Below are positions 39,663 to 49,499 of a DNA stretch of 55,464 nucleotides, one piece after another (the first letter of the stretch is position 1; the number at the start of each line of letters is the position of its first letter). The notes beneath the pieces were generated by a model. That model made no database searches. It saw only the letters and a list, made by a program, of their open reading frames with translations, and was not told the DNA's origin. Source of the stretch: a virus (taxonomy: Duplodnaviria; Caudoviricetes). The position numbers were made by a program, and so were the translations under genes. The DNA lies in the IMG/VR virus record IMGVR_UViG_3300029319_008445, positions 1-55,464 of that record; one strand, given 5' to 3'.

Positions 39663-42600
39663 ATGAGTCTTAAAGATCTTTTTAAAAATAGAGAATCATT
39701 CAAAATTTCTCCTTTGAGCAGTACTGATGATATCGCCAGGGAGGTGGGTGAATCCACTGAATTCATTGAGGAGTTTAGAAAAGATAGAGATAGGTTTATA
39801 CCTCCAGTTGATTATGGCAAGCCAGAGAATTTCGCTAGATATGGTTTGGCGGAAGAGTACTACGAAAGAGCCATAGAAAGGATTTACGATACTTATCCTT
39901 ACGATGGTTCCCTAAGAGAAAAACTGGAGTGGCATAATTCCTCCTCCTATGTTGATAACCATGTTTTTAATAATGAATATCCTAGGACAACTGGATATGC
40001 CTTGTTTTCCGCTGACGGGTACAATAGTGCTAAAAGTGTAGATGGCCAAACTGGCTATGGTTTAACTAACTCACCAGAATACATTGAAATTAGGGGCGGC
40101 CCCCATACTGGTTCAAGCATGGAGGTTCTTAAGACTGGATTTGCCGGCTCCAACATATATGATGTTGATAGCAACAGGCAATCTAATCTAGAATTCAACC
40201 TGTCTGAGGGTGTCACTGTAGAGTTTTGGTTAAAGAAAGTTGCTTTTGCCACCGGTGACAATACTGAAAAAGAAGTAATTTTTGATCTTTGGAATGGGCA
40301 TAATTCTTCAAGTGCTGATTATGGTCGATTAAGGATTGAGCTTACCGGCGCATCAGCCGGCTCTCCTTTTCGAATTACTGCTATGTCGGGGACAAATGGC
40401 TTTTTCCAACAATCAATTGGGGCAGATTTAACCACGACATCTTTGACAAATTGGAAGCATTATGCTTTTACATTTCTTAGTGGTGCTAGTGACATATCGG
40501 CTTCTTTATATGTTGATGGGAAACTTAATCATTTAAGTTATCCCACCGGCACTGGTTCCATTAACGAGGTCACCGGTAATCTAAATGCATACATCGGGGC
40601 CCTAAAAACAGCCCCCTCTGGAAACACCGGTCGTTCAGAAGGCATCACAGCCGGGAACTACGGAAAACTTTCAGGCTCTCTGGATGAATTCAGATTCTGG
40701 AAGACTGCAAGGACTTCAGAAGCCATTGGAAGATATTGGTTCACCCAAGTGCATGGTGGAACCAATACGGATATGGATAAATATGATGAATTCAATCCAG
40801 TAGATCTAGGCGTTTATTACAAATTTAATGAGGGTATAACTGGGACTTCATCCATAGATTCTGTTGTTTTGGATTATTCTGGACGTCTCTCCAACGGAAA
40901 TTGGATAGGGTATGATTCTTATTCAAGAAATGTTGGTTCTGCTATTGTTTCTTCCAGTGCGGCAAAAGCAGAAGCCAAAGATCCTATTATCTATTCCTTC
41001 CATCCAGACGTTAAGGATTATAAGGAGCAAAAGCTTCTATCTGGCTCTGGACATGATGCTCAAAACAATGCGGCATTTTATGATATGATGCCTCGTTGGA
41101 TTTTGGACGAAGACGCTAAAACCGGCGGAAATGTCAAAAAACTAACACAGATATTAGCCAGTTATTTTGACACCCTACATCTTCAAATCGAGGCTCTGCC
41201 AACTTTAAGAGAGGCTACTTACTCAACTTATTCTAGTGCTAGTGTGAGTTCCAGCGCAAAACCGCTACCATTTGCCAGTAAATTACTGGGCGGCTTGGGG
41301 ATGGAAGCGCCAGAACTTTTTATAGATGCTAATATTCTAGAAAAATTAACATCACGAGATGAAGATAGAGAATATGATACAAAGATAGAAGATGTAAAAA
41401 ATCTGATTTATCAGAACATCTATAACAATCTAGCCTACATTTATAAATCAAAAGGAACTGAAAAGTCTTTTAGAAACCTAGTAAGGTGTTTTGGAATTGA
41501 TGATGAGTTAGTTAAGTTCAATATTTATGGGCAAAACGCCACACATAAATATAGGGACAACTATAAGCCCTCGGTTGCAAAGAAGAATACTATTGACTTT
41601 AGTACCCCAGGCCACTTCAACGCAACAGTTTATCAGTATCCAAGCGGTTCGGAGAGAGGGTATATAGAGGGAAAAACTGTCCTACGAGAGCTTCCCTTCA
41701 CGGTTGAGTCAGAGATTGTATTCCCCAGAAAAAGGAAGCCCTCTGAGATAGGATATTTCCCGACCCCATTTTTATCTTCTTCTCTGTTTGGTATGCATGG
41801 AGTGAAGACCACTACTAGTAATGGTTCTGACACGACCTGGCCGGCCTCAAATCACGCTAATGAAAGAAGCAATTTTCAAGTATATGCAATTAGGACCAGT
41901 TCGTTTGGTGCTGATCTGGATTCGAAAGATGCTTATTTCATGCTTACATCTTCTAGTCCGTTCCCCTTCGAGGCACTGACTAGTAGTGTTTTCTCTGATG
42001 TCTATGATGACAAAAAATGGAATTTTGCTGTTCGTCTCAAACATAATGAACATCCGTTAGTTGAAGAAGCTACTGGTTCTTTTGGCCCTCCAACAGGAAC
42101 AGAAAGAGACACTTATACGGTTGAGTTTTACGGAGTAAATACCGACTTAAATGAGGTATCTAACGAGTTCTTAGTTACGGCTTCCGTATCTGCTAGTGCT
42201 GCGAAAGTGGCCCTTGCAAACACCTTTGCAGAAAGTTTTGTAACAAACAATAAGAGAATATATTGTGGTGCCCACCGAACAAACTTTACAGGCACCGTGC
42301 TGCAAAGAACTGATGTTAAAGTATCTCAATTAAGATATTGGTTTAATTATCTAGACGACGATACTATTAAAGCACACGCCAGAGATATCAACAACTATGG
42401 TTTGAAACACCCCTACAGAAACTTTTCAGTTTTTAAAGAGCATGCGTCCGGTTCTTACATACCATCTCTTGATACTTTAACTCTTGCTTGGGATTTTGTA
42501 ACCGTTACGGGCTCCAACGAGAATGGAAGATTTATTGTTAGTGACTTCTCTTCGGGTTCCTTAGCTGCAACCGAGAGATATGGCAAACTAAGTGAAATTA

Positions 42601-45600
42601 TTAAAAGACGCCATCCTGGTCGTGGCGACTTCTTCGCGACCGATAGCACTTCTTCAATAGATAAAAGATATTTCTATATCGCCAAGCAACAACTTCCTGA
42701 GTTTGTTTTTAGCGATGATATGGTAAATATTGTAGATCAAGATGACCCAACGTTTACTAGAGAAAGTCGCCCAACTCAGTTTTTCTTTGCCGCAGAAAAA
42801 AGCATGTATCAAACCATTTCAGAAGAAATGGTTAATATGTTTGCTACAATTATTGACTTCAACAATTTAGTTGGTGAGCCAGTTAACAGATATCGTCATG
42901 ATTACAAGGATCTAACAAAGCTTAGACAATTATTCTTTGAGAAAATTGACGAGGTTGATGACTTAGACAAGTATGTTGACTTTTATAAATGGATTGATTA
43001 CTCGATTACTTCCATCCTCAAACAGATAATGCCAGCTTCGGCAAATATGTCTGAGAATTTGAGAACGATGGTCGAGAGCCACATTCTTGAGAGGAATAAG
43101 TATAGGAACAAATTCCCCATTCTTGATAAGAAGGGTTCTCTTAATGAGCTTCAAGGTATTCCAGGCGGCGATCACGGAAACAGAAGGCACCGCAAAAACC
43201 CACCGCCTACCCTGAAAATCCCTTCGAGGGCTAATATTGCCGGCGCACGTCGGAGAGTGTATGGTCAAACTAATGAATTATCAGTTCGAGGGTATCAAGC
43301 CCCAGAGGGAAGATTGTCTCCCGCTACACAAACAAGAAATTCTTATTGGTGGCGATATCGCTGCGAAAGGACTCATCCATTAATAACTTCAGGTGACGCC
43401 AGCGTTGATAGGGAGAGAGATAAGATTCTTTCGGCTTCGTCTCCGGAGAAGAATTCTTTTGCTCGACGGGGTTCTAGCTATGTTCCTAGTTTTGAGGCTG
43501 TTGAACCGATTCACGGAGGAGTTAATTTTAGAAAAGGTAAGAAGCTGAGATATGCCCATATTGCAACTCATGAGTTTGGGCCTAGAACTGTTTTCAGAGT
43601 CGGACCTTTTGATCTGTCAGTTTCGAATAATTTTGTTCTTTTCAGAAAAGTTGATGTTGAAGGGTTTCTTGATTCTGTTGATGATGTTGAGATATTCCCC
43701 GAGGAGTTGGTTAAGAAGAAGTGGAAATTTTCTGCTTACAATAATTCTGAAGTTAAGATGGCCAACTCCTATGATTACAACATCCTTAAGGGAGATTTGG
43801 TTGTTCCATTCAACTTGTATAAGCATCATACAGTGTTAACCGGTGGATATCACGGTGACATTAACAGTAATTTCAAGGAAGGGGTGGATTTTACCAACCT
43901 TCATGTCGATACATACGGTCCAGATAATGAAACTCCGATGCAAGGGCCGTTTACTGAGAAATATGTTGGAGGTATGCAACATCGACATGTCGACATCAAT
44001 CGTCATGACGAAAACAAGGGCACACCCTCTAATTTAGATCAGGCAGAGACTCGTCCAGAATCTTGGTTCCTTTTGATGGGTTCTCTTGCAAGTGGAGAAG
44101 AAGCTGTTGGTATTGTTGGTCCAACATATTCGACAACAGACGAATACGATCATGAGCAACCTAGGGCTAGATTTTATAGAGATCTTGTAGCGAAAAGGCC
44201 GGTTAACATCAGAAATATTCGAACAACTGGTTCTACGTTGGGTAACTACTCAAGTAGTATCGAATATTTGAACACTACCGGTAGAACAGAAAATAATGCA
44301 TACTTTAAAGAAAATGAGGGAGTAAGTCTTCCTACTAGATATGCTGTTAAGTTGCCTGCAACAACCAATCCTCACAGCTTGTTGGGTATTGGTGGCTCTG
44401 CAGAGGGCAATCACTTCGGCCCTGCGCCCTCTAGTTTGACTAGTTTATCAAATAGGTTTGCGTCTGATACTCAATTCTCTCTTCCTCGCCGTGATTTGAC
44501 CGGGTCAGATTCGGTCATAGTTAGTCGTTTTTCCGCCCCTGGTGGTCCCGAGGTTAATTCGCGAGGTTATTTAGATATCATAGCAGAGGAATACTCGCCA
44601 TACAATGCGTTGCCTTTCAGGAATCTTTCGGTTCGTGGCAGCAGCAGTGGGGAACCTGGCACGATACGCTCTGCTGTGATGTCAGGATCGGGTAGACATG
44701 GGTTAAGAACATTATTGACGAGACACCAGGGTCAGTTTGGAATTGATAGTGAATTTGGTAGTATAAAATCCTCTAGCTATAGCACTGTTGCTTCTTACCA
44801 TAAAATTCATAGAAACACTCTTAAGAGAATAGAGTATTCCGGAGACAGCTATACTGGTGCGGTGGTAACCGGCACTGTGCATAATAATGGTTGGTTCTCA
44901 TCTCCAATACCTCAGAGTGATTTACAGTATACTTGGTTGACTGCTTCTTTTGAATCTTATCCAACAAAGGCAGAAACATATGGATATGCCCCAGTCGATG
45001 GTTTGGTATCTTCATCGGTTCTTGGTGTGGTGCCGGCTTATAATTTTGTAAGCGCAAGTCACGTGACAAACTCCAATGGGCTTGTTACTTCATTTGCAGC
45101 ACACAATACGATTGTCATTGACGCAGTCAATCCAAGCTTAAATTCACTAAGTGCTTCCACGTGGCCAGACGACCACGTTAGTGATTTAGGTAATATGGAC
45201 GTTGCTGCAGAAACTTTTAATGCTATGATGCTTCTTCGTAATGGTCCCTATCAGCACCCCTCTTGGAAGCAAATTAGGGCCGGCGATAACCCAGTTACAA
45301 GATATCACAGGAAAAACAACATTATTACCGTGTTGAAGCCTCCTAAGCAACTTCTTTCTAAAAAAGAAGCAGAAATTCTTGTTCCTGCAAAAAATGCTGG
45401 AAAGCTGAAGCAATTTAGGTCTTCTCCGGTTACATCAAAATATAAGCCAATCGTTCATGTTTTGAGAGCTAAAAACTATAAAAAAGCTTTTGACATTTCT
45501 TCTGTAGATGAGTCATCACCTATTAAAGATTCTGGTTTCAAATACACACACGGAAACAGAAAAGAAATGTTTTCTAACGCCGAACTAAATTATACTCTTA

Positions 45601-48600
45601 ATTTGAAGAATACTTCCAGAGGCATGTATGATAAGCTGACAGATCTCTATATCAATCCAGTTAGAGATCCGGCCACGTCTGTTGTTAAGGGGTTTAATTT
45701 CCTTTCTTATAAAGAGACAGTTTATCCTCGTTCGGAAAATATGTTCTTGTCAGGCACTCGAAGTCGTTTAACTTTCGATAACCCTCCAATAGGCGATGAC
45801 GATGTTATAGGTGCGGCAATACTTGAAGAGCTTGCCGGTCGCATATGGAGATCCGATAGAGATAATAGAAAAGAACAAGAGGAGGCAAACTCTTTTGATT
45901 ACGAAGTGACAGAGCTATCATCTTGGGTTTTGGATGCCAGATCTGATTTCTTAACCGCCGAGGTTACTGCCCCAAGTGTTAATATCTATCAAGGATTAAC
46001 CACAAATAATGGTGCCGGCGAGCTTCAAAATTTATATACTATATTCCATAGTGGAGAAAACCTGGGAAGAGCAGGTATCTCCACCAAGAGTGTTAAGTTC
46101 GGTAGTAGAGCGTTCCTTACAGCCTCTGCAGAACATTCGACTAGTTCCTTGGGATTTACTTATCTGTCATCATCAGTAATTTCATTCTGGTTCAAGGCTA
46201 CAGATCCGAATCACAATTTGTCTTCTAGTTTGATATCTAGAGGTAGAGATAGCACCGATGGTACAGCCGAGCCAATGACTTTTGACATAAGACTGGAAGG
46301 TCATGATTTGTTTGTTAACATCGGCCGACCACGGGGTGAAAAATTTACCGGGTCTTCTGGTCACGGTCCTTCGCTAGGTGAAGGCCGGGCCCAAACCGGA
46401 TCAGCAGGTCATGCAAACTTAAGCAACAACGAGTGGCACCACGTGTGTTTAGGATGGTATTATAGAAGTGCGACAGATCACAGATATACTTTGTGGGTAG
46501 ATGGCGTTGCCTCAAGTGCAACCGCCCAGGGTACCACCGCTACCGGCGCTGGTCCCAGTTCAGGCCCGGGTTCTTTTATTGTTATTGGTGGCAATCCCCC
46601 ACCCAATTCGGGTGCCGACGCAACCAAGGCGGCTGTCAGAGGGTATAGGGGCTTTATCGATGAGGTTACTTTCTTTTCTTCATCAATAGGTTACCTTTCA
46701 CAATCTGGCCCAGTTACTAGTATGAATGATAATATAGCCACAACTCTTTATAATGGTGGAGTCCCGATGGATATTATTGCAAATACTCCCACTGTATTTA
46801 CCGGTAATCTCGCAATTATGTCGCACTACACTATGGGAGATCATGCAAATGATGGTCCGCTTACCAAGGTGGGCGGTTTCATTCAGGATATTAGTGCTGC
46901 TGGGTTAGTTACTCCAATTACCGGTAACTTGTCGGCATCTATATCTTCCTACGCAGCTGCCCACGACGGGTTTGATTCTCCTGGTCAAGGCATTGTGTCA
47001 GATGCACCATTTAGTTTTGAATCCAACGGTAACGCAAATATATTCGGTTCTTTGTATTCTAGACCAGTTCCTGAGAGAGATTCAGTTAAGGGAAGAGATT
47101 TAGGATATTTTGCCGGCGATACATTATGGGAGGCAGCTGCTCAGTCTGGTAAAGAACCAGCTTATGATAGTTATGATGATTATAGAGAGAACATTAGAGC
47201 AATTACCAAGGATTACAGCATTGTTCCTGAATTTAGAATCAGCAATCATATAAATTATTACTTGACTGCTAAGAAAGGTAACTTTCTTTCTAAAAACGAT
47301 TACTTCCTACAGATAGATGGAGCATCACAGAACTTAACTTCAAGTAAAGATGACGGCTTTTATAAAACTTACACAAATACTGATTTCTTAAAACATTTCA
47401 GTGTTATTAGGAAAGATCACGCTAAGGCCACTAAGGCTGGGGAAACATATAAACCTTCAGGTATTGCTCTTAAGTGCAATGCTGTGCTGAAGCTCCTGCC
47501 TTATGATGGGTTTTATCCTGCCCAAAGATGTTGGCAAATGGGGACACTCCTATCAAGTTCCTATGCAAATGAACTTAATTTCAAAGGTGGAGCGACATCA
47601 GCAAATGCAGCTGCTTTTGGCAACCAGGTAACTTTTAAAACCTTCTTGTCTCCTTTCATGGCCCCAGGCTTGTTGTTTAATTCAATTAAGTCCGGCCTCG
47701 CGGTTGATCATCCGATTATGACTTCTTCATTTTCAATTGGCCAGGCTGATTTTGATGTTGATAATGATTGGTCTGGTAGTTTTAGAATAAGTTCTTCTTT
47801 TGGATTTAGAATGCCTTTTGAAGCTTTGGTTGAGCCCCAAAATTTCCTAGCCGGTAACACTATTGTTGATTATGAAGTTCATCCGTCCGCTTCTGTTAAT
47901 TCGACAGCTTCGTGGGATGGTTCCGGCACGCCAAACTTCTCTCTTGCGATGAATAATTTCTTGGCTGAAACCCCGCGATTCTTTTTGAAAAATGAGGGAG
48001 TTACTAGTATTATTTCTGCCAAGGATGATAATAAAAAATATTTCAAAGCAGAATTTGGAAAAGAGTATCGTATGAGGATTGTTTTGAGAAACGGAAAGGT
48101 TTCTAGAAGAAGGCAATTAGAATCAAACGCCCCCAGAGATAATTCTAAAGGCCAAGATATAACCTTGACTGGTTCTTTCTTTACTCAGCCACAAATAACA
48201 ATGTATTCTAGACGATCAGCTTTTGGACCCCCTGTTCATGCAGAAAACATTAGATTTAACGAGAGTTATGAGCCTTTTACGCCTCCATATATGGACGGGT
48301 ATGCTGATGTTGAAATGAGATTTACACCAAATGAAACTAAGTTTTATAGCATAGACGAGATTGTTAGCCAAGTTTCTTCAAGTTTTTATAGAGTTGGTGA
48401 ACAGTATTTCAGTAGTGGTGGAACTCCGTTACCCACTAGTTTCGCTGCTAAAAATCAAATGCAAGTGTCTGCTTCTTTAAATATGTTAGAGATTGCGAGA
48501 ACCAAGAAGACAACTTATGATCCGATTACTGGTGAGGCTGTTACAGTCGAGGAAGATGCAGCTGCTCCAAGTGTTGCCATTATTCAACCCAAATGGGAGT

Positions 48601-49469
48601 GTCCTATTTTAGATTTTGAAAACGTTTCAGCTACATTACCAACATTTGGTTCTAGTTCTATCTCTAGGGGAATGTGGCATCAATATGGTGTTGAGCCATC
48701 TTCACAAAAGGGTGTCTTTTTAGAAATTCAAGATTTGACTGATGAAGAAAAAGACAATCCCGCCATTACTGGCTCTTTGGCTGATTTGATGGGATTTCCT
48801 AAAACAACAACTAAATTGGGCCAGGCTTTGGAGGAAAAGATTATCCGAGAAGCAGTTGTTGCTGTACCCTTTACAGAAAAAAGAGGTGTCAAACAATTCT
48901 TCACTATGTCTAGGCAAAAAATTGATGATGCCCACAAGGCTCTAAAATTAGGTAAAACAGAGGAAGGCACAGCAGGAAAATCAATAGTATCCATGGTAGA
49001 TTCAATGAGTCGCTATGTATTTCCTCCCAAGCTTGATTTCTTGACAAATGAAACTGTCAAACCAATGGCAATGTATATTTTTGAATTCGAGCATAAATTA
49101 AGCAAGAAGGATTTAACAGATATATGGCAAAACCTTTCTCCTGAAATTGGCAGGACATTTCAGGCTAGGTCCGTGGTTGTTAGCCATAAACTATTAGAAA
49201 AAGAATTGTTAGGAGACAAGTTCTCAGATGATTTGAGGTGGATGGTTTTTAAAGTTAAACAAAAAGCAGAAACCAATTACTTCAAGATGTTGTCTGAATC
49301 TGCACAGGAAGAGGGTTTTAAATTTGATGTAATCAGAAACAAAGGAGTTATTAAGGACGCTAGTCAATTCGCTTACTCTTACAATTGGCCCTATGATTTC
49401 TTCTCGTTGGTAGAAATGATAAAAATGGATGCAGAAGTCGTTATCAAAAATAAAAAAGATGAAGAATAG
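39663..49469 (+). CDS. Giant (3268 aa) baseplate/tail protein: gp7-like KGT segment plus about 3 LamG/concanavalin-like domains
   Basis: TVEFWLK...WKHYAFT...LYVDG...LDEFRFW; IYKSKGTEKS; ISFWFK...WHHVCL...LWVDG...IDEVTFF. Confidence 0.75.
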   Translation: MSLKDLFKNRESFKISPLSSTDDIAREVGESTEFIEEFRKDRDRFIPPVDYGKPENFARYGLAEEYYERAIERIYDTYPYDGSLREKLEWHNSSSYVDNHVFNNEYPRTTGYALFSADGYNSAKSVDGQTGYGLTNSPEYIEIRGGPHTGSSMEVLKTGFAGSNIYDVDSNRQSNLEFNLSEGVTVEFWLKKVAFATGDNTEKEVIFDLWNGHNSSSADYGRLRIELTGASAGSPFRITAMSGTNGFFQQSIGADLTTTSLTNWKHYAFTFLSGASDISASLYVDGKLNHLSYPTGTGSINEVTGNLNAYIGALKTAPSGNTGRSEGITAGNYGKLSGSLDEFRFWKTARTSEAIGRYWFTQVHGGTNTDMDKYDEFNPVDLGVYYKFNEGITGTSSIDSVVLDYSGRLSNGNWIGYDSYSRNVGSAIVSSSAAKAEAKDPIIYSFHPDVKDYKEQKLLSGSGHDAQNNAAFYDMMPRWILDEDAKTGGNVKKLTQILASYFDTLHLQIEALPTLREATYSTYSSASVSSSAKPLPFASKLLGGLGMEAPELFIDANILEKLTSRDEDREYDTKIEDVKNLIYQNIYNNLAYIYKSKGTEKSFRNLVRCFGIDDELVKFNIYGQNATHKYRDNYKPSVAKKNTIDFSTPGHFNATVYQYPSGSERGYIEGKTVLRELPFTVESEIVFPRKRKPSEIGYFPTPFLSSSLFGMHGVKTTTSNGSDTTWPASNHANERSNFQVYAIRTSSFGADLDSKDAYFMLTSSSPFPFEALTSSVFSDVYDDKKWNFAVRLKHNEHPLVEEATGSFGPPTGTERDTYTVEFYGVNTDLNEVSNEFLVTASVSASAAKVALANTFAESFVTNNKRIYCGAHRTNFTGTVLQRTDVKVSQLRYWFNYLDDDTIKAHARDINNYGLKHPYRNFSVFKEHASGSYIPSLDTLTLAWDFVTVTGSNENGRFIVSDFSSGSLAATERYGKLSEIIKRRHPGRGDFFATDSTSSIDKRYFYIAKQQLPEFVFSDDMVNIVDQDDPTFTRESRPTQFFFAAEKSMYQTISEEMVNMFATIIDFNNLVGEPVNRYRHDYKDLTKLRQLFFEKIDEVDDLDKYVDFYKWIDYSITSILKQIMPASANMSENLRTMVESHILERNKYRNKFPILDKKGSLNELQGIPGGDHGNRRHRKNPPPTLKIPSRANIAGARRRVYGQTNELSVRGYQAPEGRLSPATQTRNSYWWRYRCERTHPLITSGDASVDRERDKILSASSPEKNSFARRGSSYVPSFEAVEPIHGGVNFRKGKKLRYAHIATHEFGPRTVFRVGPFDLSVSNNFVLFRKVDVEGFLDSVDDVEIFPEELVKKKWKFSAYNNSEVKMANSYDYNILKGDLVVPFNLYKHHTVLTGGYHGDINSNFKEGVDFTNLHVDTYGPDNETPMQGPFTEKYVGGMQHRHVDINRHDENKGTPSNLDQAETRPESWFLLMGSLASGEEAVGIVGPTYSTTDEYDHEQPRARFYRDLVAKRPVNIRNIRTTGSTLGNYSSSIEYLNTTGRTENNAYFKENEGVSLPTRYAVKLPATTNPHSLLGIGGSAEGNHFGPAPSSLTSLSNRFASDTQFSLPRRDLTGSDSVIVSRFSAPGGPEVNSRGYLDIIAEEYSPYNALPFRNLSVRGSSSGEPGTIRSAVMSGSGRHGLRTLLTRHQGQFGIDSEFGSIKSSSYSTVASYHKIHRNTLKRIEYSGDSYTGAVVTGTVHNNGWFSSPIPQSDLQYTWLTASFESYPTKAETYGYAPVDGLVSSSVLGVVPAYNFVSASHVTNSNGLVTSFAAHNTIVIDAVNPSLNSLSASTWPDDHVSDLGNMDVAAETFNAMMLLRNGPYQHPSWKQIRAGDNPVTRYHRKNNIITVLKPPKQLLSKKEAEILVPAKNAGKLKQFRSSPVTSKYKPIVHVLRAKNYKKAFDISSVDESSPIKDSGFKYTHGNRKEMFSNAELNYTLNLKNTSRGMYDKLTDLYINPVRDPATSVVKGFNFLSYKETVYPRSENMFLSGTRSRLTFDNPPIGDDDVIGAAILEELAGRIWRSDRDNRKEQEEANSFDYEVTELSSWVLDARSDFLTAEVTAPSVNIYQGLTTNNGAGELQNLYTIFHSGENLGRAGISTKSVKFGSRAFLTASAEHSTSSLGFTYLSSSVISFWFKATDPNHNLSSSLISRGRDSTDGTAEPMTFDIRLEGHDLFVNIGRPRGEKFTGSSGHGPSLGEGRAQTGSAGHANLSNNEWHHVCLGWYYRSATDHRYTLWVDGVASSATAQGTTATGAGPSSGPGSFIVIGGNPPPNSGADATKAAVRGYRGFIDEVTFFSSSIGYLSQSGPVTSMNDNIATTLYNGGVPMDIIANTPTVFTGNLAIMSHYTMGDHANDGPLTKVGGFIQDISAAGLVTPITGNLSASISSYAAAHDGFDSPGQGIVSDAPFSFESNGNANIFGSLYSRPVPERDSVKGRDLGYFAGDTLWEAAAQSGKEPAYDSYDDYRENIRAITKDYSIVPEFRISNHINYYLTAKKGNFLSKNDYFLQIDGASQNLTSSKDDGFYKTYTNTDFLKHFSVIRKDHAKATKAGETYKPSGIALKCNAVLKLLPYDGFYPAQRCWQMGTLLSSSYANELNFKGGATSANAAAFGNQVTFKTFLSPFMAPGLLFNSIKSGLAVDHPIMTSSFSIGQADFDVDNDWSGSFRISSSFGFRMPFEALVEPQNFLAGNTIVDYEVHPSASVNSTASWDGSGTPNFSLAMNNFLAETPRFFLKNEGVTSIISAKDDNKKYFKAEFGKEYRMRIVLRNGKVSRRRQLESNAPRDNSKGQDITLTGSFFTQPQITMYSRRSAFGPPVHAENIRFNESYEPFTPPYMDGYADVEMRFTPNETKFYSIDEIVSQVSSSFYRVGEQYFSSGGTPLPTSFAAKNQMQVSASLNMLEIARTKKTTYDPITGEAVTVEEDAAAPSVAIIQPKWECPILDFENVSATLPTFGSSSISRGMWHQYGVEPSSQKGVFLEIQDLTDEEKDNPAITGSLADLMGFPKTTTKLGQALEEKIIREAVVAVPFTEKRGVKQFFTMSRQKIDDAHKALKLGKTEEGTAGKSIVSMVDSMSRYVFPPKLDFLTNETVKPMAMYIFEFEHKLSKKDLTDIWQNLSPEIGRTFQARSVVVSHKLLEKELLGDKFSDDLRWMVFKVKQKAETNYFKMLSESAQEEGFKFDVIRNKGVIKDASQFAYSYNWPYDFFSLVEMIKMDAEVVIKNKKDEE

Positions 49470-49478
49470 TGTTGTTTT

Positions 49479-49485
49479 CTAATTA
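49479..49485 (+). promoter_or_regulatory. Candidate late-promoter motif CTAATTA
   Basis: Fully intergenic, 14 nt before ATG 49500. Confidence 0.4.
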
Positions 49486-49499
49486 CTTAAGGGACAAGT

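Noticed and set aside
27010-49469. Bacterial contractile injection system (eCIS/T6SS)
   Set aside because: T4-like gp6/gp25 together with phage sigma, PhoH and Cas4-like genes indicate a phage; no T6SS membrane complex or eCIS ATPase is present
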